Positions 18,702 to 27,312 of a DNA stretch of 64,000 nucleotides are shown piece after piece. The DNA comes from an uncultured Chloroflexota bacterium. Lineage in GTDB: Bacteria > Chloroflexota > Dehalococcoidia > GIF9 > AB-539-J10. The translations under genes and the position numbers were made by a program. The DNA is taken from NCBI GenBank assembly GCA_903884455.1, contig CAISEW010000041.1:98086-162085 (forward strand), in the 5' to 3' direction. The notes beneath the pieces are model-generated. The model was given only the letters and a program-made list of their open reading frames with translations, ran no database searches and was not told where the DNA came from. How positions within the stretch are numbered: position 1 is the stretch's first letter; every line of letters starts with the position of its first letter.

Positions 18702-19640
18702 TTAGCTACCCTCAGGCCCCCCAAATATCTCGGGGTGAATGAAATGGGCGAACCACTCTAAGCCCTCGACCAATCTGGGACCTGGGCGTTGAACCAGGTT
18801 ATCATCGCATGTGTAGATTCTCCCTGATTGACTGGCGTTGGTAGTCGCAAGCTCGGTCGCATTCATCGCCCAGTCATACGACCATTCGCTGGCGATGATT
18901 ATTTCAGGATCGCGGGCAAGGACATCTTCAATTGAGACCATCGGGTAACCGGTGACATTTCCAAAAATATTCACCCCGCCTGCCTTTTCAATTAGCTCGT
19001 TGATGAAAGTCCCTGAGCCAGCAGTCCATAATGGGTCATGCCAGACGATATAAAAGACTCTTGGCCTTTGTTCTAATTCTTCGGTCTGATTAGTTACTGC
19101 TTGAATCCTGCTTTCCATTGCAGATGTAAGTGCCTGGGCCTCCACTTCCTTATCGGTTATTTCCCCTACTCTTCTAATATCATTAAGCAAGTCATCTAAA
19201 TCAGTAGTCTTTATACCATATACTGTAAGTCCCAGCCCTACCAAGTTATTGATAACGTCCATGGGAGTACCATACGCAACCAGTACGAGGTCAGGGTTAA
19301 GAGCGACTATCTTCTCTATGTCCGGGTTGGCATATCCCCCTACTTTTGTCTTGTTCAGAGCTTCCGGAGGATAATCACAATAATCTGTCACTCCCACCAC
19401 CTTGTCCCCCAGACCCAGGGCAAACAGAATCTCGGTGTTAGAGGGAGCTAGGGAGACGATTCTTTGGGGTGTTCCGTTAATGGCGACCAGCCTTCCCAGG
19501 TCATCAAATACATAATTTACCGGTGTCTGCCCGCTAGGACTGCAGGCTGTCAGGGCAAGAGCTAGGCTCAAAAGCATCACTAGGAACCAGTTTGTCCCTC
19601 GGGCAAAGAATTGTTTAGAGGGCCTTTTCATGCGACTCAC
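18702..19640 (-). CDS. btuF: cobalamin-binding lipoprotein
   Basis: Lipobox LTAC; RIVSLAPSNTEILFALG, DYP, RPGPRLVEG. Confidence 0.85.
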   Translation of the reverse strand: MSRMKRPSKQFFARGTNWFLVMLLSLALALTACSPSGQTPVNYVFDDLGRLVAINGTPQRIVSLAPSNTEILFALGLGDKVVGVTDYCDYPPEALNKTKVGGYANPDIEKIVALNPDLVLVAYGTPMDVINNLVGLGLTVYGIKTTDLDDLLNDIRRVGEITDKEVEAQALTSAMESRIQAVTNQTEELEQRPRVFYIVWHDPLWTAGSGTFINELIEKAGGVNIFGNVTGYPMVSIEDVLARDPEIIIASEWSYDWAMNATELATTNASQSGRIYTCDDNLVQRPGPRLVEGLEWFAHFIHPEIFGGPEGS

Positions 19641-19675
19641 TGTTGCTTCCTTTACACAAAATTACTTTATTTTAT

Positions 19676-19689
19676 ACAAGTGCACTTGT
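19676..19689. promoter_or_regulatory. perfect 14-bp palindrome, candidate operator at the btuF transcription start
   Basis: ACAAGTGCACTTGT, starting 7 nt downstream of the -10 box. Confidence 0.55.
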
Positions 19690-19695
19690 TTTCAC

Positions 19696-19724
19696 ATTCT
19701 AAATGCTGCAGGATAAAATGTCAA
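19696..19724 (-). promoter_or_regulatory. sigma70 promoter of the btuF-...-btuD operon
   Basis: Minus strand reads TTGACA-17 nt-TAGAAT. Confidence 0.8.
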
Positions 19725-19797
19725 GGGATTTCAGGGGTTACTTTGAGAAAAATTTGTAGTGCGGAAGGATATGCGATTAAGGGAGATAGGAAATTCT

Positions 19798-20595
19798 CTA
19801 TCTTTTCTTCAGGTCAACAATCTCGTAAACCAGGTTTTCCTCTTCTAATCTCGGCACCAAAATTGGAACTTTGTCTTCACTACAGACAACCAGGAAGGAC
19901 AGGCCACAGTAAGCTGCCTCTATGACTGCTTCCCGGACACCGTGAATGTAATCAGGCTTTACACCAACCTGCATCAATGCTACCAGAGCTTCCGTGCCCA
20001 GTGCTCCCACCAGCCTCGCTTCTTTTACCTCCCTTTTCAGTCGGGCGAGATTGGTGCTCTGGGAACCTCCATCCTGCACGTTGGGTACTTTGCCTATCAT
20101 TACTTTGGCTGGCTCGAGTTTTATTACTCCTTCAATGTTGCGAATGCCGACATCCTGTCCTTTTTTAGCCGCAGTTACGGTTATTCCTTTAGCCCCTTTA
20201 GCACGAATAACATGGGAGGCGAAGAGCAAGCCGTCCTTCATATATAGCGATGCTGGTTGACCAACGGATAAGTCGCTATCAGCTATGGCAGTGGTTGTTG
20301 ATATATCAGCCACGACTTTGCTCACAAACCAGGCGTAACTATGTAACTGCCGGGACATCTGCAAAATCCAATCCACGCCCTCCTTGGTTACCTTATATCG
20401 GGAGCGACCCTGGGAGCTCAGCCAGCCGTCCTTTATCAATTCTCTTATGTATTCGGAAACCGCCTGCGAAGTGATGCCCAGTCTTGGGGCGATGTCTTTC
20501 TGCTGTATGTTAGGCTGATGTGCAGCTATTTCCACCATTATCTGAAACTTAGTGGCCAGATTTTTGCTCTTTAGTATCTGCGCCATATTAACCAT
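19798..20595 (-). CDS. winged-helix transcriptional regulator (archaeal-type, MarR/AsnC-like N-terminal HTH)
   Basis: QQKDIAPRLGITSQAVSEYIRELIKDG HTH; GRSRY.VT.EG wing. Confidence 0.75.
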   Translation of the reverse strand: MVNMAQILKSKNLATKFQIMVEIAAHQPNIQQKDIAPRLGITSQAVSEYIRELIKDGWLSSQGRSRYKVTKEGVDWILQMSRQLHSYAWFVSKVVADISTTTAIADSDLSVGQPASLYMKDGLLFASHVIRAKGAKGITVTAAKKGQDVGIRNIEGVIKLEPAKVMIGKVPNVQDGGSQSTNLARLKREVKEARLVGALGTEALVALMQVGVKPDYIHGVREAVIEAAYCGLSFLVVCSEDKVPILVPRLEEENLVYEIVDLKKR

Positions 20596-20620
20596 TATAT
20601 CACTTGCTAACCAGGCTAAA

Positions 20621-21265
20621 TTAGTAAAGCGAGCTGGGGCAAGTGCCTCTCAATATGCACCTATTGCAGCGAGGCTGCCGAGCGCGGCATATCCGCCGGC
20701 CATGCTCTATCATATGGACGTGAAATTGATATACCCTGGAGGCTGGGACTTGCTTCTGTAGCAAGCCAGGTGCCTTCTCTACGGACACCTTGGAATCGAT
20801 TAGTCCCAACCGTTTCGCTACGCGAAAAACATGAGTGTCCACGGGCAGGGACGGCTTCCCCAGGGAAAAAAGTAGCACACAGCTGGCTGTCTTATGTCCT
20901 ACCCCGGGCAGACGCATTAAGTAGTCTTCAGCTTCAGCCATAGTCTTCGATTTGAGGGAATCAAGGCTGATACGACCCTGTTCCTTTTCAATTTGCTCAA
21001 GTACCTGCTTGATTCTAGCGGCCTTGATTTGGAATAACCCCCCGCACTTAATGACCCGGGCGATATGTTCTGCTGGAGCCGACGCTACAGCTTCCCAGCT
21101 ATCGAAACTAGCTTTAAGAGAGGCAAAAGCTCTTCCCGAATTTGCATCCGAGGTATTTTGGGACAGTATGGTTTCTATGAGCATATCAACAGGCTCCCTG
21201 TCTGGCTGCCACTTGCAGGGACCATATTCTTGCTCTAAGAGCTCAATAACTTCTTTAATAGCCAC
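20621..21265 (-). CDS. nth: endonuclease III (HhH-GPD, 4Fe-4S)
   Basis: ILSQNTSD, LPGVGHKTA, PVDTHVFRV, C-x6-C-x2-C-x5-C; likely start GTG 21265, since the longer ORF runs through a repeat. Confidence 0.88.
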   Translation of the reverse strand: MAIKEVIELLEQEYGPCKWQPDREPVDMLIETILSQNTSDANSGRAFASLKASFDSWEAVASAPAEHIARVIKCGGLFQIKAARIKQVLEQIEKEQGRISLDSLKSKTMAEAEDYLMRLPGVGHKTASCVLLFSLGKPSLPVDTHVFRVAKRLGLIDSKVSVEKAPGLLQKQVPASRVYQFHVHMIEHGRRICRARQPRCNRCILRGTCPSSLY

Positions 21266-21318
21266 TAGCTCAAAAATATCATGTCGGCGCCTCTTGATGC
21301 AAAGATGCCTGACCTTCT

Positions 21319-21409
21319 CTGTCATTGCGAGGAGCATAGCGACGAAGCAATCTCGGCGGGGCTGTTGGGATGGAGATTGCCACGCACCTTTCAGGTGCTC
21401 GCAATGACA
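21319..21409. repeat. palindromic repeat element, family A
   Basis: CTGTCATTGCGAGGAGCATAGCGACGAAGCAATCTC...GAGATTGCCAC...CTCGCAATGACA. Confidence 0.92.
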
Positions 21410-21483
21410 AACAAAAATGTGGAACATTTGCGGCAACCTGGGTGAATCAGATAAGATAAGCATTTCCAAAACGGGAGACGAAT

Positions 21484-22752
21484 ATGACTCTTGTAGAGAA
21501 GATATTAGCTAAAAAAGCTGGGAAGAAAGTTGTAAGGCCAAACCAGATAGTCGAGTTTTCTGTGGACCTGGCTATGATACACGATGCGTTAGGTGCGCAT
21601 ACAATTGCCAGGTTCAGGGAACTAGGCGTGGAAAAGGTCTGGGATCCCGCAAGAATAGTAGTAGTGCTGGATCACTATGTGCCCAATAAGGACATCGATA
21701 CTGCCAAAAAGTGTCTTAATATCAAGAAATTTGTCCTCGAACAAGGTATAGAAAACTACTACGAAGTTGGTAAGGGAGGCATAGCCCACCAGGTGCTTGT
21801 AGAGAAGGGGCATGTGCTGCCAGGAACTACTCTTGTTGCTGTGGATAGTCATACCACGACATCGGGTGTAGTTGGGGCTTTTGCGACCGGGATTGGCGTT
21901 GATGAAATGGCTGTGGTCTTCAAAACGGGAAGGTTGTGGGAGCGGGTCCCGGGGACTATCAGGATAAATGTTGAGGGCAAGCTGCGGCCTCCAATTGCGT
22001 CGAAGGATTTGATGCTTTTCATACTGAAGAGGTTGGGAGTAAGCGGCGCCTTGTTTAAGTCTCTTCAATATACAGGCTCGACCATCAGTCAAATGAGCAT
22101 CGAGAGCCGTATGGTATTAACCAATATGGCCATAGAATCAGGTGCTACTAATGGAATCATCGAGCCTGACCAGAAGGTAGTGGATTTTCTCAAGGCCAGG
22201 ACCAACCAGCCCTTCGAGGTTATTCAGAGCGACCCGGATGCGGAGTATGCGGAAACACTGGAGTTTCACGTTGATGATATTAAGGAGCCCATGGTTGCCG
22301 TACCCCCGAAGCCGTCCAATGCTGTGGGAGTCACTGAGGTTGAAGGGACCAGAATCGACCAAGCGTTCATAGGCTCGTGCACCAATGGACGCCTGGAAGA
22401 TCTCAGGATTGCTGCCAGGATACTCAAAGGTCGGAAGGCGGATAAGTTTACCAAGGTTATCGTCATACCAGCCTCACAGGAAGTCTTAAAAGCCGCTCTG
22501 GCAGAGGGGTTAATAGAGACATTTGTGGAAGCTGGGGCTGTGGTTGGTCCACCCACCTGTGGTCCGTGTATGGAAGCACATATGGGCATACTGGGACCGG
22601 GCGAGGTTTGCATAAGTACAGCAAATCGTAACTTTCAGGGTCGGGTAGGAGATGTGACTGCCAAAATATACCTGGCGTCACCAGCGACTGTGGCAGCTTC
22701 GGCGTTGAAAGGCAAAATAAGTGACCCACGGGAGTTTTTCCGGGAGGCATAG
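21484..22752 (+). CDS. leuC: 3-isopropylmalate dehydratase/homoaconitase family large subunit
   Basis: DSHTTT, FIGSCTNGR, CGPC, NRNF.GR, LASP. Confidence 0.8.
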   Translation: MTLVEKILAKKAGKKVVRPNQIVEFSVDLAMIHDALGAHTIARFRELGVEKVWDPARIVVVLDHYVPNKDIDTAKKCLNIKKFVLEQGIENYYEVGKGGIAHQVLVEKGHVLPGTTLVAVDSHTTTSGVVGAFATGIGVDEMAVVFKTGRLWERVPGTIRINVEGKLRPPIASKDLMLFILKRLGVSGALFKSLQYTGSTISQMSIESRMVLTNMAIESGATNGIIEPDQKVVDFLKARTNQPFEVIQSDPDAEYAETLEFHVDDIKEPMVAVPPKPSNAVGVTEVEGTRIDQAFIGSCTNGRLEDLRIAARILKGRKADKFTKVIVIPASQEVLKAALAEGLIETFVEAGAVVGPPTCGPCMEAHMGILGPGEVCISTANRNFQGRVGDVTAKIYLASPATVAASALKGKISDPREFFREA

Positions 22753-23286
22753 ATGGAACTCAAAGGCCGAGTCTGGAAGTTTGGTAAGGATGTGGACACT
22801 GATGAACTCTTTGCCGGAAGGTTTATCATGGGTGGCGATGAAACGAGCCAGAGCCAATACCAAGAGTTCATCGCAAGAAGCGGGCTAAGCGATGTCGGGC
22901 ATCGTGAGAATGTGCCCAAGGATTTCCTCACCAAGGTTAGGAAGGGGGACATTATAGTTGCCGAGGAAAACTTTGGGATTGGTTCAAGCCGGCAGCAGGC
23001 TGCGGAAACTCTGAAGTTTAAGGGTGTCCAGGCTGTAGTTGCCGACTCAATCCACAGGATATTCTTCAGGAACTTCTGGAACCTTGGCTGCCCGGCCATA
23101 GATTTGCCGGGAATTTCCGCTGAATTTGAGACCGGGCATGAGATAGTGATAAACCTCAGGCAAGGGACTATCAAGAACCTCACTACGGGCAAGGAGTTTG
23201 AGTTTCGTCTGATAATTCCAGCATGGTTTATAGATATGGTGGAAGCTGGGGGGCTAATTCCCTACCATAAATCCCTGAAATCTTAA
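22753..23286 (+). CDS. leuD: 3-isopropylmalate dehydratase/homoaconitase family small subunit
   Basis: DVDTD, NFGIGSSR, IFFRN, GGL; abuts the large subunit gene. Confidence 0.75.
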   Translation: MELKGRVWKFGKDVDTDELFAGRFIMGGDETSQSQYQEFIARSGLSDVGHRENVPKDFLTKVRKGDIIVAEENFGIGSSRQQAAETLKFKGVQAVVADSIHRIFFRNFWNLGCPAIDLPGISAEFETGHEIVINLRQGTIKNLTTGKEFEFRLIIPAWFIDMVEAGGLIPYHKSLKS

Positions 23287-23332
23287 ATTCTGAAGCTAAA
23301 GTCAAATGTACGGGGCTAAGAGGCTGTTTTAT

Positions 23333-23420
23333 CTGTCATTGCGAGGAGCGTAGCGACGAAGCAATCTCGGGGAATTACAGGAAATTGCCACGCCCCGACA
23401 AGTCGGGGCTCGCAATGACA
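23333..23420. repeat. palindromic repeat element, family A
   Basis: Right arm GCCACGCCCCGACAAGTCGGGGCTCGCAATGACA is identical to the 13843 copy. Confidence 0.92.
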
Positions 23421-23514
23421 AGAGAAGGAAAAGCCTCACAGTGACTTTTGTGTCGCGATTTCTGCAAATCACTTTATGCTCCTCCGAAATTTATGATAGT
23501 GTATCCCGTAGAAG

Positions 23515-24438
23515 TTGATGCACAAAGTAGTTTGGGATATGGACCCCGGTATCGATGATGCCCTGGCTTTAATTCTGGCGTTAAAATCACCTGAAATCCA
23601 AGTTCTGGGCATTACCACGGTGGCAGGCAATGCTCCTGTGAAAATGACCAGCGCTAACGCTCGCCGCGTGTTGGAATACCTGAACGCAGAGAGCATCCCG
23701 GTAGCGATGGGGGCATCACATCCCTTGAACCACTCGTTAGAAGATGCCTTAAGCTACCATGGCCCAGATGGTCTAGGCAACTGTGACTTGCCTCCTCCCA
23801 AGCTGCTGCTGTATCCGGCTAAAGCCTGGGATTTCCTTGTCCGCTTAGTTTGGGATGCTCCTGGCGAAGTTACTCTGGTAGCCACGGGGCCCCTAACCAA
23901 TGTGGCTTATGCCTTTGAGCTTCATCCCGAATTGCCTGGGCTTTTAGCCAGGCTGGTTCTCATGGGAGGCGCTTATGGCCTTACTGGCTACGGCAAAGGA
24001 AATCAAACCCCCTATGCCGAGTTCAATATCTGGCAGGACCCTGAAGCTGCTCATATAGTATTCAACTCTGGGGCGGACATCTTCGCTGTGGGGCTGGATG
24101 TAACTATGGACCCCGCGGCTTGCCTAAATAGACAGCATCTGGAGCGAGTTAAGACCAGGCATACACCGGCTGCACATCTGGTAGCCCAACTGGTAGAATA
24201 CGAGGTAAAATACCATGGATGCTGTAGAATGCATGACCCGCTAGCTTTGGCAGTGTTGCTGGATGCTTCCTTGTTCGATTATATATTGGCGAGGGTAGAA
24301 GTAGTTAAAGGAAATGACTGGGATAGAGGGGTTACTCGTATCTTGCTCTCTAATAGCTCTCGGTTGATACACGTAGCCTCTGCTGTGGATGGGCCTCGCT
24401 TTCTAAAGCTATTTCTATCGCGTATACTGGAGGAGTAA
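23515..24438 (+). CDS. inosine/uridine-preferring nucleoside hydrolase
   Basis: DMDPGIDD, GPLTN, AEFNIWQDPEAA, HDP. Confidence 0.9.
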   Translation: MMHKVVWDMDPGIDDALALILALKSPEIQVLGITTVAGNAPVKMTSANARRVLEYLNAESIPVAMGASHPLNHSLEDALSYHGPDGLGNCDLPPPKLLLYPAKAWDFLVRLVWDAPGEVTLVATGPLTNVAYAFELHPELPGLLARLVLMGGAYGLTGYGKGNQTPYAEFNIWQDPEAAHIVFNSGADIFAVGLDVTMDPAACLNRQHLERVKTRHTPAAHLVAQLVEYEVKYHGCCRMHDPLALAVLLDASLFDYILARVEVVKGNDWDRGVTRILLSNSSRLIHVASAVDGPRFLKLFLSRILEE

Positions 24439-24439
24439 G

Positions 24440-25423
24440 ATGGTCAGCTTGGTAGTCTGTGGCGCCATAAACTGGGATATTAGCTGCTTCGTAGAGCGGC
24501 TGCCAGTGCCCGGTGAAGAGGTTATTGCGGAACATATCACCCGGGTGTCCGGGGGGACAGGGGGTAATGTTGCTGTGGCGGCAGCACGGATTTTGGGAGC
24601 TAAAGAGGTGGCCCTGATAGGCGCTCTGGGAAGGGATGACATTGCTCGCCAGCAAATTGCCATCTTGGAGGACGAGGGAGTCATCACCACGGGAATCCAC
24701 CAAATTATGGGAGAGGAATCGGGGCAGGCTTATATTATGATTGACCAGGCGGGGGAAAACGTCATTGCCAGCTATCTGGGGGCGAATGCCAGGCTGGGTC
24801 TGAAACACCTGAAGAAAGTGGAGCTTAAACGGCAACTACGGGAATGTCAGGGCATAGTCCTCACCGACCCGCCTTTAGAGGTGGCAAAAGGGCTAATAAA
24901 CCTGGCAAAGCGGCATGACATCCCCGTGTTGTGGGACCCGGGAATTCTGATAAATCCAAATCGAGAAACATTGCTCTCTCTTGCTAAAGAAGCCGAAGTC
25001 ATCTTCTTAAATGAAACGGAGGCGAGTGCTATGCTGGGAACTTCTGAGTTAAAGACGAGCTTCCAGAAGCTGAAAAAGCTGGGATTCGGCAATCACGCGG
25101 TGCTCAAACTTGGTTCACAGGGGGCAGTCATGCTTGCCCCGGCTAGTAGTACGGTGATCGAAATTCCTGCCTTGCCTCTCAAGGAGCTCGGTCTAAGTGT
25201 GATTAACACAGTGGGTTGTGGAGACGTCTTCGCTGGGGTCTTTGCTGCCTACTATGTTCTGGGAAGTGGCCTCGAACAATCGCTTATCATGGCCAGCACT
25301 GCCGCAGGTCTTAACGCCACCCGACCTGAAACCAGAGGCAGTCCCAACCGAGCTACCTTAGAGGAAGTGGCAGACCGCAGCCGCAATCTGGGCTTTGTGG
25401 TTCGAGAGCGCAAGCTGATTTGA
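24440..25423 (+). CDS. PfkB/ribokinase family carbohydrate kinase
   Basis: GGTGGNVAVA, NETEA, NTVGCGDVF. Confidence 0.88.
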   Translation: MVSLVVCGAINWDISCFVERLPVPGEEVIAEHITRVSGGTGGNVAVAAARILGAKEVALIGALGRDDIARQQIAILEDEGVITTGIHQIMGEESGQAYIMIDQAGENVIASYLGANARLGLKHLKKVELKRQLRECQGIVLTDPPLEVAKGLINLAKRHDIPVLWDPGILINPNRETLLSLAKEAEVIFLNETEASAMLGTSELKTSFQKLKKLGFGNHAVLKLGSQGAVMLAPASSTVIEIPALPLKELGLSVINTVGCGDVFAGVFAAYYVLGSGLEQSLIMASTAAGLNATRPETRGSPNRATLEEVADRSRNLGFVVRERKLI

Positions 25424-25524
25424 AACGTTTGCCTTCGCCTTGAAGAGCTTCACTCTATATGCCACCTCCCACCAGCCTCAAATAGCCACCTTGTGTAAGT
25501 GCGGGACAATTCTATCTCGCTAAA

Positions 25525-25746
25525 CTAGTCTTCAACAACCTCAACGACTTTATTTTTGCTCCTAAAGCCGCTGAGAATCCTGACCTGGCTTTTGGGAACG
25601 CCGAAATGCTCTGCCAGTAATTTGATGACTGCCTGGTTGGCCTTGCCTTCCTTGGGTGGCTCTTTAACCTTGACTATAAAGCTATCGCCTTCCTGACTGA
25701 GTTCTTCGGTTTTGGAATTGGGCTTTACCTTAACTTGAATTTTCAT
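25525..25746 (-). CDS. DUF167 (YggU) family protein
   Basis: VKVKPNS, PP.EGKAN, G..S.NK. Confidence 0.85.
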   Translation of the reverse strand: MKIQVKVKPNSKTEELSQEGDSFIVKVKEPPKEGKANQAVIKLLAEHFGVPKSQVRILSGFRSKNKVVEVVED

Positions 25747-27031
25747 TCACCATCTCTCCCCATATTCCCTGGTTATGAAATCCTACCAATTTAACAGGTG
25801 TTATCTCATTGCTCAGGGGCTTTTCGCTATGAGCAAATACCCGGATATAGTTGCTGGTCAGCCCTGAGTATATGCCGCTTCCGGGACTCGTTTCTTGCTC
25901 CCACAGGACTGGCATAGTTTGCCCCAGGAACTGCTCACAGAAGCGGCGCCGGGAGCTTCGAGATAGCTCTAGCATCCGCTGGTTGCGCTCTTGTTTAACT
26001 TTGTCTTTTATCTGCTCGGGCATCCTGGCTGCCGCTGTCTCAAGGCGGAGTGAGAAGGGGAAGACATGGATGTTGGCGAAACCAGCTTGCTGACAAAAAG
26101 AGTAGCTCTGTTCAAACTCTTCATCGCTTTCCCCGGGGAAACCAACCATGATATCTGTGGTGATGGCAACCTCTGGTATCATTTCTTTAATCAAATTTAC
26201 TGTTCTGTGATATTGGTCCAGAGAGTAGCTCCTCCTCATCCTTTGCAGCACGGTCTCGCTGCCACTTTGTAGCGCTAAATGGAAATGCCGACAAAGCCTT
26301 TCATCCTGCCACAGGGCAAGAAGTTCAGAAGATATTTCTGAAGGCTGTAAAGATGAGAGACGTAATCTCTCGATGCCAGTGTCGTAGAGAATATGCTGGA
26401 CCAAATCCCTGAGGTTGGTGCTAGATCCTTCGCTAGCGCTCAGGACAGCGTCTTTATAGCTGCCAACTTTCGTCCCGGTGAGAACAACTTCTTTGTAGCC
26501 CAGAACCGCCTTTTGCTTAACCTCGTCAATTACCTGAGAAGCGGGCAAGGAATATTCACGAGGTCTTACTTTGGGCACAATGCAATATGCGCAGGGGCCA
26601 TGACAGCCATCTTGAATCTTTATCAGGCTACGAGTCCTAACGGTGGCAGCAAGCACCTGAGATTGTTTTGCTTCACCCTCATCGAGTACTCTTTCTTCAA
26701 GGGAGAGTGCTTTGATGATGGCAAGCAGGTGCTGTTTCACTGGGTTATCAACTACGAGGTCAACAAGCTGAGCTAACTCTTGACGACTTCTTTGGGCATA
26801 GCAGCCAGTGGCGATAATTAGGGCTCGGGGATTTCTTCGCCTGGTCATCCTGAGCCAGTGGCGTGACTTGCGGTCGGCGATATGGGTGACTGTGCAAGTA
26901 TTAGCAATATAAATATCGGCCACATCATTCGGCGATACAAGTTGAAATCCCGACTGGCTAAATTGGCTGGCTAGGGACTCTGTTTCCGCCTGATTGAGTT
27001 TGCAACCTAATGTGTAGAAAGCCACCCTCAT
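25730..27031 (-). CDS. mtaB: tRNA t6A37 methylthiotransferase (radical SAM)
   Basis: TLGCKLNQAE, NTCTVT, TGCYAQ, QDGC.gpCAYC, DIMVGFPGE. Confidence 0.9.
   Translation of the reverse strand: MRVAFYTLGCKLNQAETESLASQFSQSGFQLVSPNDVADIYIANTCTVTHIADRKSRHWLRMTRRRNPRALIIATGCYAQRSRQELAQLVDLVVDNPVKQHLLAIIKALSLEERVLDEGEAKQSQVLAATVRTRSLIKIQDGCHGPCAYCIVPKVRPREYSLPASQVIDEVKQKAVLGYKEVVLTGTKVGSYKDAVLSASEGSSTNLRDLVQHILYDTGIERLRLSSLQPSEISSELLALWQDERLCRHFHLALQSGSETVLQRMRRSYSLDQYHRTVNLIKEMIPEVAITTDIMVGFPGESDEEFEQSYSFCQQAGFANIHVFPFSLRLETAAARMPEQIKDKVKQERNQRMLELSRSSRRRFCEQFLGQTMPVLWEQETSPGSGIYSGLTSNYIRVFAHSEKPLSNEITPVKLVGFHNQGIWGEMVNENSS
26423..26448 (-). repeat. family B palindromic remnant, in-frame inside mtaB
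   Basis: Minus strand CTGTCCTGAGCGCTAGCGAAGGATCT (VLSASEGS) matches intergenic TGTCATTCTGAGCGTAGCGAAGAATCT at 59148. Confidence 0.7.
26659..26683 (-). repeat. degenerate family A remnant, in-frame inside mtaB
   Basis: GATGAGGGTGAAGCAAAACAATCTC (DEGEAKQS) versus GCGAGCGTAGCGAAGCAATCTC. Confidence 0.5.
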
Positions 27032-27097
27032 TGATATGGATTATATTTATTGTCTGGCTGAGTGGTCAAATTATAGTCTTCAGCATGATTTCGTATA

Positions 27098-27251
27098 AAA
27101 CCCTCTCCCTCGAAGGGAGAGGGTTTGGGTGAGGGTGAATTTCCCCCTCTCTCTAACTCTCTCCCGCTAGGGGAGAGAGGATTGCGACGTGGCAATCTCT
27201 AAAAAGAGTGTGAGATTGCTTCGCCCCGATAAATCGGGACTCGCAACGACA
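27098..27251. repeat. composite palindromic repeat: family C element joined to a left-truncated family A element
   Basis: AACCCTCTCCC-TCGAA-GGGAGAGGGTT and CTCTCTCCC-GCTAG-GGGAGAGAG, then GCAATCTC...GAGATTGC...CTCGCAACGACA. Confidence 0.85.
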
Positions 27252-27312
27252 TTTTGTTAAAGCCTTTCCTGTGATATAGTTAGCGGTTCTAACCAAGGGC
27301 ATTAAGCTAGGT

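Noticed and set aside
21266..21469. 68-aa N-terminal extension of Nth in the ORF track
   Set aside because: It is read-through of an intergenic family A repeat; the endonuclease III fold starts near GTG 21265.
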